The notes under the pieces were generated by a model. It had not been told where the DNA came from and made no database searches. It saw only the letters and a program-made list of their open reading frames with translations. Positions 1 through 10,348 of a DNA stretch of 64,000 bases are shown here, in pieces (within the stretch, counting starts at the first letter, position 1; every line of letters begins with the position of its first letter). The position numbers and the translations under genes were made by a program. Source of the stretch: an uncultured Clostridium sp. (GTDB lineage: Bacteria; Bacillota; Clostridia; TANB77; CAG-508); assembly GCA_947648495.1 (NCBI GenBank), contig CANSOA010000004.1, positions 7,948-71,947 of the forward strand, given 5' to 3'.

Positions 1-373
1 TCGTATTCGTGTAAACAGTCTATTTACACAAAATGCGTGAGTGAGATTTTACAACGATAGACTCACAATAATCAAAGAGTAATGGGAGGCAAAACTTGAA
101 ATGAATTTATAATTGTAAAAAGTTTGGGCAAGGATGAACAAGATATTTAAACATATCAGCAATTATAGTAACTTTTGTTACTTACTAGACTACCTATGAA
201 ACGAAGCGACTGACCGACGGTTTCAAAATATAGGTGTAATAATTCTTTTTTTGCATAAGGGAATTATTACACCTAATCCCTCTCGCTCCTTCCCTCTGGT
301 TTCTACTTTTATTTGCACAGTTGTATTCTAATTGATTTTTAAATATAATTTTTATAAAGGAGAGTGATTTTAT

Positions 374-757
374 ATGAATATGAAAGAAAGTTTTATCAAT
401 GAAAAAACAGGTATTGAATACATTAAAAAAGGAGATTATTATATTCCCAATTTATTTATACCAAAAGACACGAATTTTGTGATTGGAAAATATGGAAGAG
501 CACATTTAAAATATATTAAAAAACATAATTGTGTTTTAGTTACAGATTTATTGTTGGATGGAAAATTAAATTCTTACCTGCATTCCATAGACGAAAATTG
601 CAAAAATCTTTTAGAAAAGTTGATAAAAGAGTTTGCTCAAAATGAAAATGTTACAGAAAATTTAAAAGCGAACAATCAGTTAGAATGGGTTGCTAAAATG
701 AATAATATCAAAAATCGAGCCGAAGAAATTGTTTTTAATGAATATGTGTATGTTTAG
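374..757 (+). CDS. tnpV: TnpV family protein
   Basis: GIEY..GDYYIPNL, GKYGR, G.L..YL..I and EWV..MNNIK..AEEIV motifs; aaggag RBS. Confidence 0.85.
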   Translation: MNMKESFINEKTGIEYIKKGDYYIPNLFIPKDTNFVIGKYGRAHLKYIKKHNCVLVTDLLLDGKLNSYLHSIDENCKNLLEKLIKEFAQNENVTENLKANNQLEWVAKMNNIKNRAEEIVFNEYVYV

Positions 758-882
758 AAATCAAGCCTAAATACATAACCTTATTTTTAATGTAAGAAGC
801 ATTGAAAATAAGGTTTCTTTTTTTGCAAAAAAGAAAGGAGGAAAATTGCTTATGAAAAATGTCTATTAGTGTAGCGAGCATA

Positions 883-945
883 GGTTTTGTATAGCACAAA
901 ACCGACAACGTTCGTTGAAAGGGGATTTTATCCCCTATAACCCCT
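883..945 (+). other. Putative oriT of element 1
   Basis: Inverted repeat ggttttgt-atagc-acaaaacc (883-903) plus a ggggat..atcccc hairpin directly upstream of mobC-relaxase. Confidence 0.45.
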
Positions 946-974
946 ACTAAAAATTTGAAAGGAAGTGAAGAATT

Positions 975-1280
975 TTGAGAAATAAAACAACAGAAATATG
1001 TATTAGAACAAATGAAAATGAGAAGAAAAAATTGCAAAAAAATGCTCAAAAAAGTGGTTTAAGTTTGTCAGCTTATTTAAGAAAAGTTGGACTAAAACAA
1101 GAGATTTTTTCCATTCCAGATAAAGATTTTTATAAAATTTATGTGGATATTTGCAAAGTAAAAGATAACATTTATAAGTTGGAAAAAGAAAAAATTGAAC
1201 AATGTTTAAGTATAATTGAGAAGAATTTTTTGGAGATTTACAACTCAAAAAGTGGTGGTGATAACAATGGCAACGACTAA
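975..1280 (+). CDS. mobC: MobC-like ribbon-helix-helix mobilization protein
   Basis: I.IR..E.EK..L...A..SGLSLSAYLR RHH signature; overlaps the relaxase start. Confidence 0.8.
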   Translation: MRNKTTEICIRTNENEKKKLQKNAQKSGLSLSAYLRKVGLKQEIFSIPDKDFYKIYVDICKVKDNIYKLEKEKIEQCLSIIEKNFLEIYNSKSGGDNNGND

Positions 1281-2637
1281 AATTTGGGCAATAAAAGATA
1301 GTCTTTCTCGCGTAATAAATTATGCAGAAAATCCAGAAAAAACAACTTTTTCTGACTTAAAACAAGTACTAAAATATGCTGAAAATGATGAAAAAACTGT
1401 TGAGAAAAGCGAAAAAATAATGTTTGTAACTGGTGTAAATTGCAACAGAAAAACAGCGTTTGAAGAAATGATTTTGACGCAAAAAAGATTTGATAAATGC
1501 ACAGGAAATGTTGCTTATCACGCATATCAAAGTTTCAAAACTGGCGAAGTTTCTCCAGAAATGGCACACAAAATTGGTGTGGAATTGGCACGAAAAATGT
1601 GGCGAGAACATCAAGTTGTAGTTGCTACCCATTTCAATACTGGAACATATCACAATCATTTTGTAGTTAATTCGGTTAATATGTTTACAGGAAAAAAGTT
1701 CGATTGTAACAAAGGTGCTTATTATCGTTTTAGAGGATTATCAGACGAATTATGCAAAGAATACGGTTTAACAGTGATTGAAAAGCCAAAAGGAAAAACA
1801 CCCAGAAATATTTACTTTGCTGAAAAACGAGGAGAGCCAACCAAATATAATTTAATGCGTAAAGCCTTAGACGAAGCAATGGGAATGTGTCTCACTTACA
1901 AGCAATTTAAGAGAGTAATGTTGAAAAAAGGGTATGTTATCAATGATGATCCAAAGCGAAAATATCCTACAATTCGTTCGATAAATGATAAAAAAGCAGT
2001 CAGAATGTATCAGTTGGGCGAAAAATATTTACTAGAAAATATCGAGCAACTAATCTATCAAAATCCGTATTATGTGCAGGATGGATATTACAAGTTAATG
2101 CAACCCAAAAGAAATCAGAAGAAAAGTAAAATTAAGTATAAAGGCGAATTTCATAATATTAAGAAAATGTCAGGACTTGAAGTCCTTTTTTTGTTGCTTT
2201 TTTATTTGTTGGGACTATATCCAAAACAACAAGAGCATAACAAGCCACTATCTCCAGAAATGAAACGAGCAGTTAGAAAAATGCACAGATTTTCCGAGCA
2301 GATTAGGCTTATTCTCCCAGAAAAGTTGAATACAACAGAAGATGTGAAAAATTATATTTTGCGAACTGAAAAAGAAATCGAAGAAATAACAACAATAAGA
2401 CAAAAATACAGAAATAATCTCCGAAATTGCAAAGATAGCGACTTAATCAATAAATATAAGGCAAAATGTAGTAATTGCACTGCTATTCTGAAAAAGTACA
2501 GAAGAAATGTAAAAATTGCAAATCAGATTTTAGAAGATGTACCACAGATTAAAGAAGTAATTAGGATTGAAAAACAAATGAGAACGGAAGAGCTGAATCA
2601 AACTAAAACTAAAAATAAGTATAAGGAAGTGAGATAA
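1267..2637 (+). CDS. MOBP-family relaxase
   Basis: MATTKIW start, AYHAYQSF..GEV and VVATH..T..YHNHFVVNSVN (3H motif); start set at ATG 1267. Confidence 0.9.
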   Translation: MATTKIWAIKDSLSRVINYAENPEKTTFSDLKQVLKYAENDEKTVEKSEKIMFVTGVNCNRKTAFEEMILTQKRFDKCTGNVAYHAYQSFKTGEVSPEMAHKIGVELARKMWREHQVVVATHFNTGTYHNHFVVNSVNMFTGKKFDCNKGAYYRFRGLSDELCKEYGLTVIEKPKGKTPRNIYFAEKRGEPTKYNLMRKALDEAMGMCLTYKQFKRVMLKKGYVINDDPKRKYPTIRSINDKKAVRMYQLGEKYLLENIEQLIYQNPYYVQDGYYKLMQPKRNQKKSKIKYKGEFHNIKKMSGLEVLFLLLFYLLGLYPKQQEHNKPLSPEMKRAVRKMHRFSEQIRLILPEKLNTTEDVKNYILRTEKEIEEITTIRQKYRNNLRNCKDSDLINKYKAKCSNCTAILKKYRRNVKIANQILEDVPQIKEVIRIEKQMRTEELNQTKTKNKYKEVR

Positions 2638-3462
2638 ATGAGTGAGAAATTTGTAAATATAAATGAAGTATATCCATTTGAGAATAACCCTTATAGCGTA
2701 AAAGACAATGAAGAAATGGATTTGTTAATAGAAAGTATTAAACAATATGGGATTATGGAACCGTTAATTGTGAGAAAACGAGAAAAAGGAGGTTATGAAA
2801 TTGTGAGTGGTCATAGAAGAAAATATGCGTGTGAAAAGGCAGGAATAAAGCAAGTTCCTGTCTTAATTCGTGATATCGATAAAAATTTGGCAACGATTAC
2901 TCTTGTTGATAGTAATTTGCACAGACAAGATATTTTACCTTCTGAAAAGGCATTTGCTTATAAAATGAAATTAGAGGCAACAAAACATCAAGGTCAAAAA
3001 ACTTGTGGACATGATGTCCATAAGTCGAGAGATAACGTCGCAGATGGCATAAGTGGCAGACAAGTACAACGATATATCAGATTAACTGAACTAATAAAAC
3101 CTATATTACAATTAGTTGATGATAACAAAATGGCAATGAATCCAGCTGTAGAAATATCTTATTTAAAAGAGCAAGAACAAAAAGACTTGCTTGAAACAAT
3201 TGAAAGCGAGGATTGTACGCCTTCCTATTCACAAGCAATCAAAATGAAAGAATTGAGCAAACAGGATAAATTGGATATGGATACAATTTTCAATATAATG
3301 ACAGAGCAAAAGCCAAATCAAAAGGAGCAAATCAAATTTAAAGTGGAAAAATTAAAAGATTATTTTCCAAAAGGTTATACGACAAAGCAAATGGAAGATG
3401 TTATTGAAAAATTGCTGAAACAGTATAAGCAAAAATGGAGAAATAAGGAGTTAGGAAGATAA
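2638..3462 (+). CDS. ParB-like nuclease domain protein
   Basis: L.ESIK.YGI.EPL.VR, YEIVSGHRR, DSNL.R...LPSEKAFAYKMK. Confidence 0.85.
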   Translation: MSEKFVNINEVYPFENNPYSVKDNEEMDLLIESIKQYGIMEPLIVRKREKGGYEIVSGHRRKYACEKAGIKQVPVLIRDIDKNLATITLVDSNLHRQDILPSEKAFAYKMKLEATKHQGQKTCGHDVHKSRDNVADGISGRQVQRYIRLTELIKPILQLVDDNKMAMNPAVEISYLKEQEQKDLLETIESEDCTPSYSQAIKMKELSKQDKLDMDTIFNIMTEQKPNQKEQIKFKVEKLKDYFPKGYTTKQMEDVIEKLLKQYKQKWRNKELGR

Positions 3463-3480
3463 TTCTATATTATAAATACA

Positions 3481-3517
3481 AAACTCCACCATCTACTATA
3501 CGCAAATGGTGGAGTTT
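3481..3517. terminator. Hairpin terminator between convergent genes
   Basis: aaactccaccat ... atggtggagttt inverted repeat. Confidence 0.65.
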
Positions 3518-3574
3518 GTACTTCAAATAGAAGGTTTGCTTCATTAGAGATAATCTCTAATGTCTTTTTCAGTA

Positions 3575-4780
3575 TTACTCAATCTTGGCAATCCAATCAA
3601 TTTCTTCAAAATCTAATTCCCGATTAATAAGTACTATCGGTTTTTTATAGTCGTCTTTGTATTCAGTAATAGGAACAATTGTAGCTCCTCTGGCAGCATA
3701 CGCCATACCGATTTCAGCATCTGTAAGCCTATCGCGTGGAGCAATATCCTGAAAGAGTTGCTGGCGCGTTTCCTCAAACTTAGCATCGTCTGCCACATAA
3801 ACTTGATTAGCATATTTAAGTTTGATAGCAACAGCATAATTTGACTCAAAACAAGAATACATAGCCATCATTACTCCACCTGCAAACTTCGTATCCTGAG
3901 TAATATTCTCTTTCAGCTCCGTATCACACCAAATAAAACCTTCATACGCTATCTTTGGAAATCTACCTTTGCACTTGACATCTAATGATACTAATCGATG
4001 TCCGCTTCCAATGTATGCATGTCGCGCTCCAGGAGCCAATTTACTTGGGTCCTCTTTGCCCTGCATTATCCTTTCGGCATCACGCTGATCACATATACTG
4101 AAAACAGTTTCCCAAGGTCCTTTGTAAGGAATCAGTTCTTCTATTGGTTCTGGTGGCTGAATTGTATCCGCTTCTGGAAATCTCAGAATATAGTCAAGAA
4201 CACATTCTTTTAACCACGCTGTAAACTCATTGAACTTTTGTTCCAAATTGAACCGAACTGGCTCATCACCTTCAGGTGAATATTCACGTTCCATGTCGTT
4301 ATCTGCAACCAACTCGTCAGCTCTTACTCCTTTCCAATGCCTTTTACCACTGTATTTCAAATATATCCGTGGCTTTTCATCCAGTTTAGAATGTACCTTT
4401 GTAGAATTCATAAACCACTCTTTATCAGCTTCCCAATTCTTACCTACATATAGATAATAGGTTGGTCCTGATTCATCTCCATACACCGTAAGTATTTGCT
4501 TTGGAATATAGACTTCATGAAGTGCAGCCGTATCATTCCAACGACCATTCAAATTTCCCTGTATACGGCAGAAGTATAACTTGAAATCATCACCAATAAT
4601 TTGGCGAACCAGTTGGTATTTTTCTTCTCCTGAGCCATAAGTATCAAACTCAATTGTTATTCCCGGTACTTTCCAGTTCCGCTTTTCGATAGCTTTCACT
4701 ATCTTTTCGGCAACTTCATCAAAAGGAAACTGCCTTGAATGTGGATACAGAAATTTAGGTGTTGTTGTTAATACTGACAT
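3575..4780 (-). CDS. Hypothetical cargo protein (401 aa), GC-richer than flanks
   Basis: Long ORF with aggagg RBS; no family recognised; four in-frame CGG codons. Confidence 0.75.
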   Translation of the reverse strand: MSVLTTTPKFLYPHSRQFPFDEVAEKIVKAIEKRNWKVPGITIEFDTYGSGEEKYQLVRQIIGDDFKLYFCRIQGNLNGRWNDTAALHEVYIPKQILTVYGDESGPTYYLYVGKNWEADKEWFMNSTKVHSKLDEKPRIYLKYSGKRHWKGVRADELVADNDMEREYSPEGDEPVRFNLEQKFNEFTAWLKECVLDYILRFPEADTIQPPEPIEELIPYKGPWETVFSICDQRDAERIMQGKEDPSKLAPGARHAYIGSGHRLVSLDVKCKGRFPKIAYEGFIWCDTELKENITQDTKFAGGVMMAMYSCFESNYAVAIKLKYANQVYVADDAKFEETRQQLFQDIAPRDRLTDAEIGMAYAARGATIVPITEYKDDYKKPIVLINRELDFEEIDWIAKIE

Positions 4781-4951
4781 ATTTTTTCCCTCCTAAAATC
4801 TTACGAGGGAATTGCACTCCCTCGTATCTTTTATATTAGGTTGTGCAATAACCAATTATATACTTATATTATATAATATTTTACATAATTTGTCAACATT
4901 TATGCAAATTGTTATTATTACTTATATAAAAATAAGAGATATTTCTATCTC

Positions 4952-5581
4952 CTACAACCAATTTCCTTCTTTCAAACCCAATTTAAACATTTCTACTTTC
5001 TCAATATCCTCTATTTTTTCTTTTAGACTTATATATTCAATTACTGCTTTTAATTCTTCTTTTGTTAATTCTATTGCCTCTCTATCTTCAAGAAAAATTC
5101 TAACATTATCAAATTGTTTTTTTATTTTACTCATTTTATTCGTAATTTCTGCATATTCTTTACTTTTTTTCCTAATTTCAACTGCCAAAAACTCTATAAG
5201 ACTGTGTTTCCATATATAAAAAAAACTGTCGTTTTCCATATTATCTTTAATAGCATTGTTTGAAAAAATCTCTTTTTGGTCTTTCAGTTCCTTCTTGAAA
5301 TACATTCCATCCACAAAACCTAATTTATAATACTGTTGTTCCCAAAAACACATTTCTCCTAATAAATTGTCTTTATGTTCATATAGCTTGTCTAAAATTT
5401 GCTTTTTAGCACTATCGTTTTCTATTAACTTTTCAATTGTTTCAGTCAATTGATTTTCGCTTGTCTTTGATTTTTGAATTTCTTCAGATTCTCCATAATG
5501 ATTGATAAAGATACATTCAAATCCATCTCTCCTTACATTATATAAATCATCTAATACTTTATTTTCAAACATTTCTTCCAT
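4952..5581 (-). CDS. Hypothetical protein with two related acidic repeats (YKLGF.DG / FKLGLKEG)
   Basis: ORF with aggagg RBS, divergent from an XRE gene. Confidence 0.7.
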   Translation of the reverse strand: MEEMFENKVLDDLYNVRRDGFECIFINHYGESEEIQKSKTSENQLTETIEKLIENDSAKKQILDKLYEHKDNLLGEMCFWEQQYYKLGFVDGMYFKKELKDQKEIFSNNAIKDNMENDSFFYIWKHSLIEFLAVEIRKKSKEYAEITNKMSKIKKQFDNVRIFLEDREAIELTKEELKAVIEYISLKEKIEDIEKVEMFKLGLKEGNWL

Positions 5582-5701
5582 ATTTTTTCCTCCTTTATTA
5601 TCTCTATATCGTTATTTTAATTTATATTTTTATGCAAGTCAACGCTATGGAGATAATAAGACTATGCTGATTTTGTTATACTATTTAAAAGGAGAAAATC
5701 T

Positions 5702-5938
5702 ATGGATTTACAAAAGGCAATTCAATTAAGAATATTAAATTTATGCAAAGAACGTAATATCACTATCAATAAACTTGCCACATTATCTGGTGTTCGACAA
5801 TCTACTATTAATAGTATTATCAATGGACATAGCAAAAAAGTAGAAGTTTTGACTGTTCTTCGCATTTGTTTAGGTTTAGATATGCAACTTAGAGATTTCT
5901 TTGATAATGAATTTTTTAAAGACTTAGATGATGAATAA
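5702..5938 (+). CDS. XRE/Cro-C1 HTH transcriptional regulator
   Basis: RI..LC.ER.ITIN.LA..SGV.QSTI..II. Confidence 0.85.
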   Translation: MDLQKAIQLRILNLCKERNITINKLATLSGVRQSTINSIINGHSKKVEVLTVLRICLGLDMQLRDFFDNEFFKDLDDE

Positions 5939-5970
5939 TTAAAATTATTATTTATCACTAAGTCTTTTTA

Positions 5971-7074
5971 TTATTTAGTTTCAAGTATCCATTTATACAA
6001 ATTTTCTTCTTCCAATTTACCTTGCTTAAATAATTTTATCTTGGCTTGTGCTTCTTTCTTCCATTTATCAAAATCATTTTTTAATTGCTTATTATCCTTA
6101 TTTCGATAAACGACCATTACTTTTTGTTGATAAGCTCTCCTATAAAGTAATAAAGCAGGATTATTCTCCAAATTCTTTTTATAAGTCTCATTTGCTCCCT
6201 TTTCTTTGCAAGTTGGACTACCATCTATATTTTTTAAATCGCAATAAATCTCACTTTGCCTAAATGTTGGTATAAAATATCTGCCACAATTTTGACATAT
6301 TTTTATTGGCAAATTGTCTTGTTTTACAATCTGACTTAAAATAGCAAAGCAAATACTACCTAAATTTGAACTTGTATAAACATTATGCAATTCTAGATTA
6401 GGATCATTAGCTTCCATTCTTTTTATTAAGTATTCAATATTTTCATTGTGATAATGGTTATGTATGTTTAAGTAATTATCTAAAATAACTTCTATATCTT
6501 GTGAATATGTATAAATATCATTTTTTATTGTATAAGCCACGAATTTCGAATAAACAGAATATTCTTTCAAATCTTCATTTCCATTTAAGTTATATGTAAA
6601 ATCCACACAATCTCTAAATTGATTCTGGATTTTCAATAATTTATCTACATTTTCCTCATATATATCTTTTAGTAATTTCAAAAATTCTACTTCTGACAAA
6701 GTTTCTTTATCTTCTAAATAATGCTTACTCTCCTTTATCAGCTCAAATCCATAAGCATATAAAAAAGTAGAATATGCCGTTTCGTAAGTTGAGAAATCTG
6801 CATTTAATAAGTTAAGTAATAACATTCCAATACTTTCTGCATAATGTATGTATATTGTAGATGGATGTCTACAAATTTCTTTTATTGGTTTCTTGCTTTT
6901 AAACTTAAAAACATCTTTTTCCAATTCTAAATATAATCTTGTCTCATCTTCCTTATGCTCATTTCTTGTAACACTATATAAATAGAGAGGTGTCGCATAA
7001 TATTCTTCTTTTTCTTTCATATTAAACCAAATATAAAAATCGTCTAATATATTATTTTGAGGTAATTTTCGCAT
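5971..7074 (-). CDS. DUF6076-like protein with C-terminal zinc finger
   Basis: IK.C.NCGRYFIP....E.YC...C..GA. Confidence 0.7.
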   Translation of the reverse strand: MRKLPQNNILDDFYIWFNMKEKEEYYATPLYLYSVTRNEHKEDETRLYLELEKDVFKFKSKKPIKEICRHPSTIYIHYAESIGMLLLNLLNADFSTYETAYSTFLYAYGFELIKESKHYLEDKETLSEVEFLKLLKDIYEENVDKLLKIQNQFRDCVDFTYNLNGNEDLKEYSVYSKFVAYTIKNDIYTYSQDIEVILDNYLNIHNHYHNENIEYLIKRMEANDPNLELHNVYTSSNLGSICFAILSQIVKQDNLPIKICQNCGRYFIPTFRQSEIYCDLKNIDGSPTCKEKGANETYKKNLENNPALLLYRRAYQQKVMVVYRNKDNKQLKNDFDKWKKEAQAKIKLFKQGKLEEENLYKWILETK

Positions 7075-7398
7075 TTTTTAGTTCCTCCAAATTATTTTTG
7101 TAAAAAATATTAAAAATATTTTAAAATTGTCTTGACAACTATAATCTAATATTGTAAAATAACAATACCAATTTTGTTGTTAAGATTTTTCACAATATTA
7201 TCTTATAATAACCAGCAACTTATATTAAATAGTTGAGATACATATCTCTTATGTATCAAAAATTATATATAACAATATTAAGGTTAATTGTAATATTTTT
7301 TACAATATAAGTTTACAACAATTAAAAACAAATGTCAATAGGTGATTTGCGTTTAAAATCCTGCAAACAAAAAATTAACCAAAGGAGGAAAAATATTT

Positions 7399-7848
7399 AT
7401 GGACATGAAAGAACAAATTTTAGACTTATATTACAATCAACATTTAAAACAAAAAGAAATTGCAAAAATAGTTGGCAAAAGTAGTCCTTATATATCAAAA
7501 ATCGTAAGAGCTGACTCCAGAAATAAACGAGAAAAAGAAAATCGTAAAAAGGAAAATGACAAAAATAGAAAGGATTATTTACAGGATTACTTCAAAAACT
7601 ATCACAGACCAAAGAAAAATGATAATTCTTATGAGCAACTACTTGCTTTATTAAGGCAAGACGTGCTAGAATTATCTTATGGATGTAATGAACTATCAGA
7701 TTATGCTTTTGCAAAATGGAATTCTTCTGCCTATCATACGAATAAAAAAGGCAATTTAGTAATAAACAAAAAATTAAATGTTGGATTTGATGTTCCAAAA
7801 TCGGTTAATATGAATGCCAAAGTACCAACTCAAAAACACAAATTTTAA
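7399..7848 (+). CDS. HTH (sigma-70 region 4-like) DNA-binding protein
   Basis: LYY...LKQKEIA..VG.S..YISKI; aaggagg RBS. Confidence 0.7.
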   Translation: MDMKEQILDLYYNQHLKQKEIAKIVGKSSPYISKIVRADSRNKREKENRKKENDKNRKDYLQDYFKNYHRPKKNDNSYEQLLALLRQDVLELSYGCNELSDYAFAKWNSSAYHTNKKGNLVINKKLNVGFDVPKSVNMNAKVPTQKHKF

Positions 7849-7918
7849 CTCTTGTTAATCCCTTATTAGTCATTAATAAGGGAACTTTTTTACATATTTG
7901 AAGAAAGGAGGGCTTTTT

Positions 7919-8128
7919 ATGAATAATATCAAAGAAAATTATGACTTAATGTTTACTTCCTATCCAGACTTGGTAAACATTCAAGAGTTAAAAGAAATGC
8001 TTGGAATTGGCGTTACTCTTGCCTATCGTTTAGTAAGAGAAAATACAATTCCATCTCAAAAGATTGGCAGAGAATATAAAATACCAAAAGTAAATATCAT
8101 TCATTATTTGATGAATAAAAGTGCTTAA
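7919..8128 (+). CDS. xis: Excisionase (HTH_17)
   Basis: YPDL....EL..MLGIG...AY.LV....IP..KIGREYKIPK; directly upstream of the integrase. Confidence 0.8.
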   Translation: MNNIKENYDLMFTSYPDLVNIQELKEMLGIGVTLAYRLVRENTIPSQKIGREYKIPKVNIIHYLMNKSA

Positions 8129-8219
8129 TATACTAGATTTTAACCTACTTATCTGATATTATAATATAGATATCAATAAGTAGGTTAATTTTTTTGTTAT
8201 TATAAGGAAAGGAGTATTT

Positions 8220-9395
8220 ATGAATATAACAGCAAACCTATTTATAAAACATGGTTTATACTATGTTATCTTAAATTATAGAAATAACAGTAACAAAAGA
8301 AAACAAAAATGGGTTCCTACTGGAATACCAGAAAAGGGAAATAACAAAAGACTAGCGAGTCAAAAATTAGATGAAATCAGACGAAATTATCAAAGATATA
8401 TCCCAATGGAATCTTCTTTTGAATCGGAAGAAGCCGATAAGTATTTTGAAGTATATCTTAATGAATGGTTGGAAGCACACAAAAACAAAATTGAAGAAAA
8501 CACTTACGATTCTTATAAAACTGTTATCAAGAAAGCAACGGAATTTTTCAATGGTCAAAATATAAAGTTAAAAGATTTGAAACCACTTCATATTCAAAAG
8601 TTTTACAATTCTTTATTTGCCAAAGGCTTAAAAAGTAATACTGTTTTACATTATCATGCCAATATTAGAAAAGCTTTAGATGTGGCTATGAAACTTGATA
8701 TTATACCAAGCAATCCAGCTGATAAAATTGAAAGGCCAAAAAAGAATCAATTCATTGGAGATTTTTATAGTATTGCTGAATTAGAAACATTATACAAAAT
8801 ATCAAAAAATGATCCATTATATATTGTCATACTTTTGGCAAGTTTTTACGGATTAAGACGAAGTGAAGTTTTAGGATTGAAATGGTCTGCTTTTGATTTT
8901 ACAAATGAAACAATCACTATCAAACATAAAGTAATAGAAACAATCGTAGATGATAAGAGAACTCTACTTTTGAAAGATAAAACAAAAAATATTTCTAGTT
9001 ATCGTTCTCTGCCTTTAATACCTGAAATAAAAGAATCTTTACTATCACATAAGAAAAAAATCGAAACTAATAAAAAACTTTGTGGAAATAGTTACAATAA
9101 AGAATATAAAGATTATATTTGTGTAAACGCTGTAGGAAAAATTTTTAGACCTGAATATATTACTGACCACTTTTCTCTACTATTAAAAAAGAATAATTTA
9201 AGACATATTCGCTTTCATGATTTAAGGCACTCTTGTGCAAGTTTATTATTAGCCAAAAAAGTTCCTATGAAAGCAATTCAAGAATGGCTGGGTCATTCCA
9301 CTTATTCTACCACAGCAAATTTATATACTCATTTGGAAAGTGATACAAAAAATATTTCTGCAAATATTTTATCAGAAGCAATAAACTTTACTTAA
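8220..9395 (+). CDS. int: Tyrosine integrase (Tn916-like architecture)
   Basis: Catalytic GLRRSE, RFHDLRHSCAS and LGHS...T..LYTH motifs. Confidence 0.95.
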   Translation: MNITANLFIKHGLYYVILNYRNNSNKRKQKWVPTGIPEKGNNKRLASQKLDEIRRNYQRYIPMESSFESEEADKYFEVYLNEWLEAHKNKIEENTYDSYKTVIKKATEFFNGQNIKLKDLKPLHIQKFYNSLFAKGLKSNTVLHYHANIRKALDVAMKLDIIPSNPADKIERPKKNQFIGDFYSIAELETLYKISKNDPLYIVILLASFYGLRRSEVLGLKWSAFDFTNETITIKHKVIETIVDDKRTLLLKDKTKNISSYRSLPLIPEIKESLLSHKKKIETNKKLCGNSYNKEYKDYICVNAVGKIFRPEYITDHFSLLLKKNNLRHIRFHDLRHSCASLLLAKKVPMKAIQEWLGHSTYSTTANLYTHLESDTKNISANILSEAINFT

Positions 9396-9424
9396 AATGT
9401 GTTTGAAATTACAGGCCAAAAAGA

Positions 9425-9520
9425 TTTGTTTGACATTTTGTTTGACATATAAGAAAAATAGTGAATCTCAATTTCTTAAAATTCACTATTTTCAATGGCT
9501 CCGATGTTGTAGTTATTTAC
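9425..9520. other. Putative attachment end of element 1 (arm-type repeats, hairpin, possible core site)
   Basis: Tandem tttgtttgacat x2; gaaaatagtgaat..attcactattttc hairpin; then tggctccgat (reverse strand ends ..GGAGCCA). Confidence 0.45.
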
Positions 9521-9680
9521 AACTTTTGGGAAACTCTTAACGATTGATATAAAATCAATCAGATTATTTGTGTATAATTTATCACATAAAATATATTATT
9601 GCAAGTGTTTTTGGATTATATTTTTTATACAACTTGCAAATTTATTGCTTAAACAATATTATAAAAGTAGATAATTTGTG

Positions 9681-10319
9681 TTATACTAAAATTCTAAATG
9701 CAAAAGTTAATAATAATGCTATTAACAAACTATAAACACTATTTTTTGGATTTACATATAACACTAATATTGTTCCTATAAACAAAATAGTATCAATTAT
9801 ACTTTTAAAATAAAAATACCCAACTCCTATACTAAAAGATGATATTAACATTATAGCAAGGATTATGCTACTAATAATAATTGATATTTTTTCTTTTCCC
9901 TTTGCATACCAACAAATAAAGGCAAGTATTGGTGTTATCATAGTTATTCCATACCAAATCATCATATAGTTTTTAGGATTAAAACCACTAAAATAAATTG
10001 TATATAAATGGTAACTTACTGTCATACCTACAAAAAACAAAAATACATTCAAACTTGCTCTTAATGGTGTCTTACTAAATACTGAAATGGTAGCAGCAAT
10101 AAATATCCATATTCCAAACAAAGAAAATACATTTCTTAAATCTAATATTCCAAATATATGTTGCCACCATATTGTATCATCAATGCTCAAATTATCTAGC
10201 CATTTAGAAAACCTCCCCAATATTATTCCTAATAAAAATATTGAACTTGTATTTACTATTTTCCTACTTATTTTTAGACTTCTATCAGGAATTCTAATTT
10301 TTTCCAAAAATTCTTTCAT
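9681..10319 (-). CDS. Multi-pass membrane protein (DUF6518-like)
   Basis: Hydrophobic 212-aa ORF. Confidence 0.7.
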   Translation of the reverse strand: MKEFLEKIRIPDRSLKISRKIVNTSSIFLLGIILGRFSKWLDNLSIDDTIWWQHIFGILDLRNVFSLFGIWIFIAATISVFSKTPLRASLNVFLFFVGMTVSYHLYTIYFSGFNPKNYMMIWYGITMITPILAFICWYAKGKEKISIIISSIILAIMLISSFSIGVGYFYFKSIIDTILFIGTILVLYVNPKNSVYSLLIALLLTFAFRILV

Positions 10320-10348
10320 ACTTGCTCCGTTCTAAATTGTCATTTTTT

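Larger units (their letters stand above)
1..9520. mobile_element. Integrative mobilizable element 1 (tyrosine integrase, MOBP relaxase); left end lies outside the window
   Basis: TnpV-MobC-relaxase-ParB module, cargo, regulators and xis-int, followed by arm-like repeats at about 9425-9450. Confidence 0.8.

Noticed and set aside
1-370. Possible ncRNA or replication origin at the window start (hairpins such as gtgtaaa..tttacac)
   Set aside because: Truncated context and no recognisable family.
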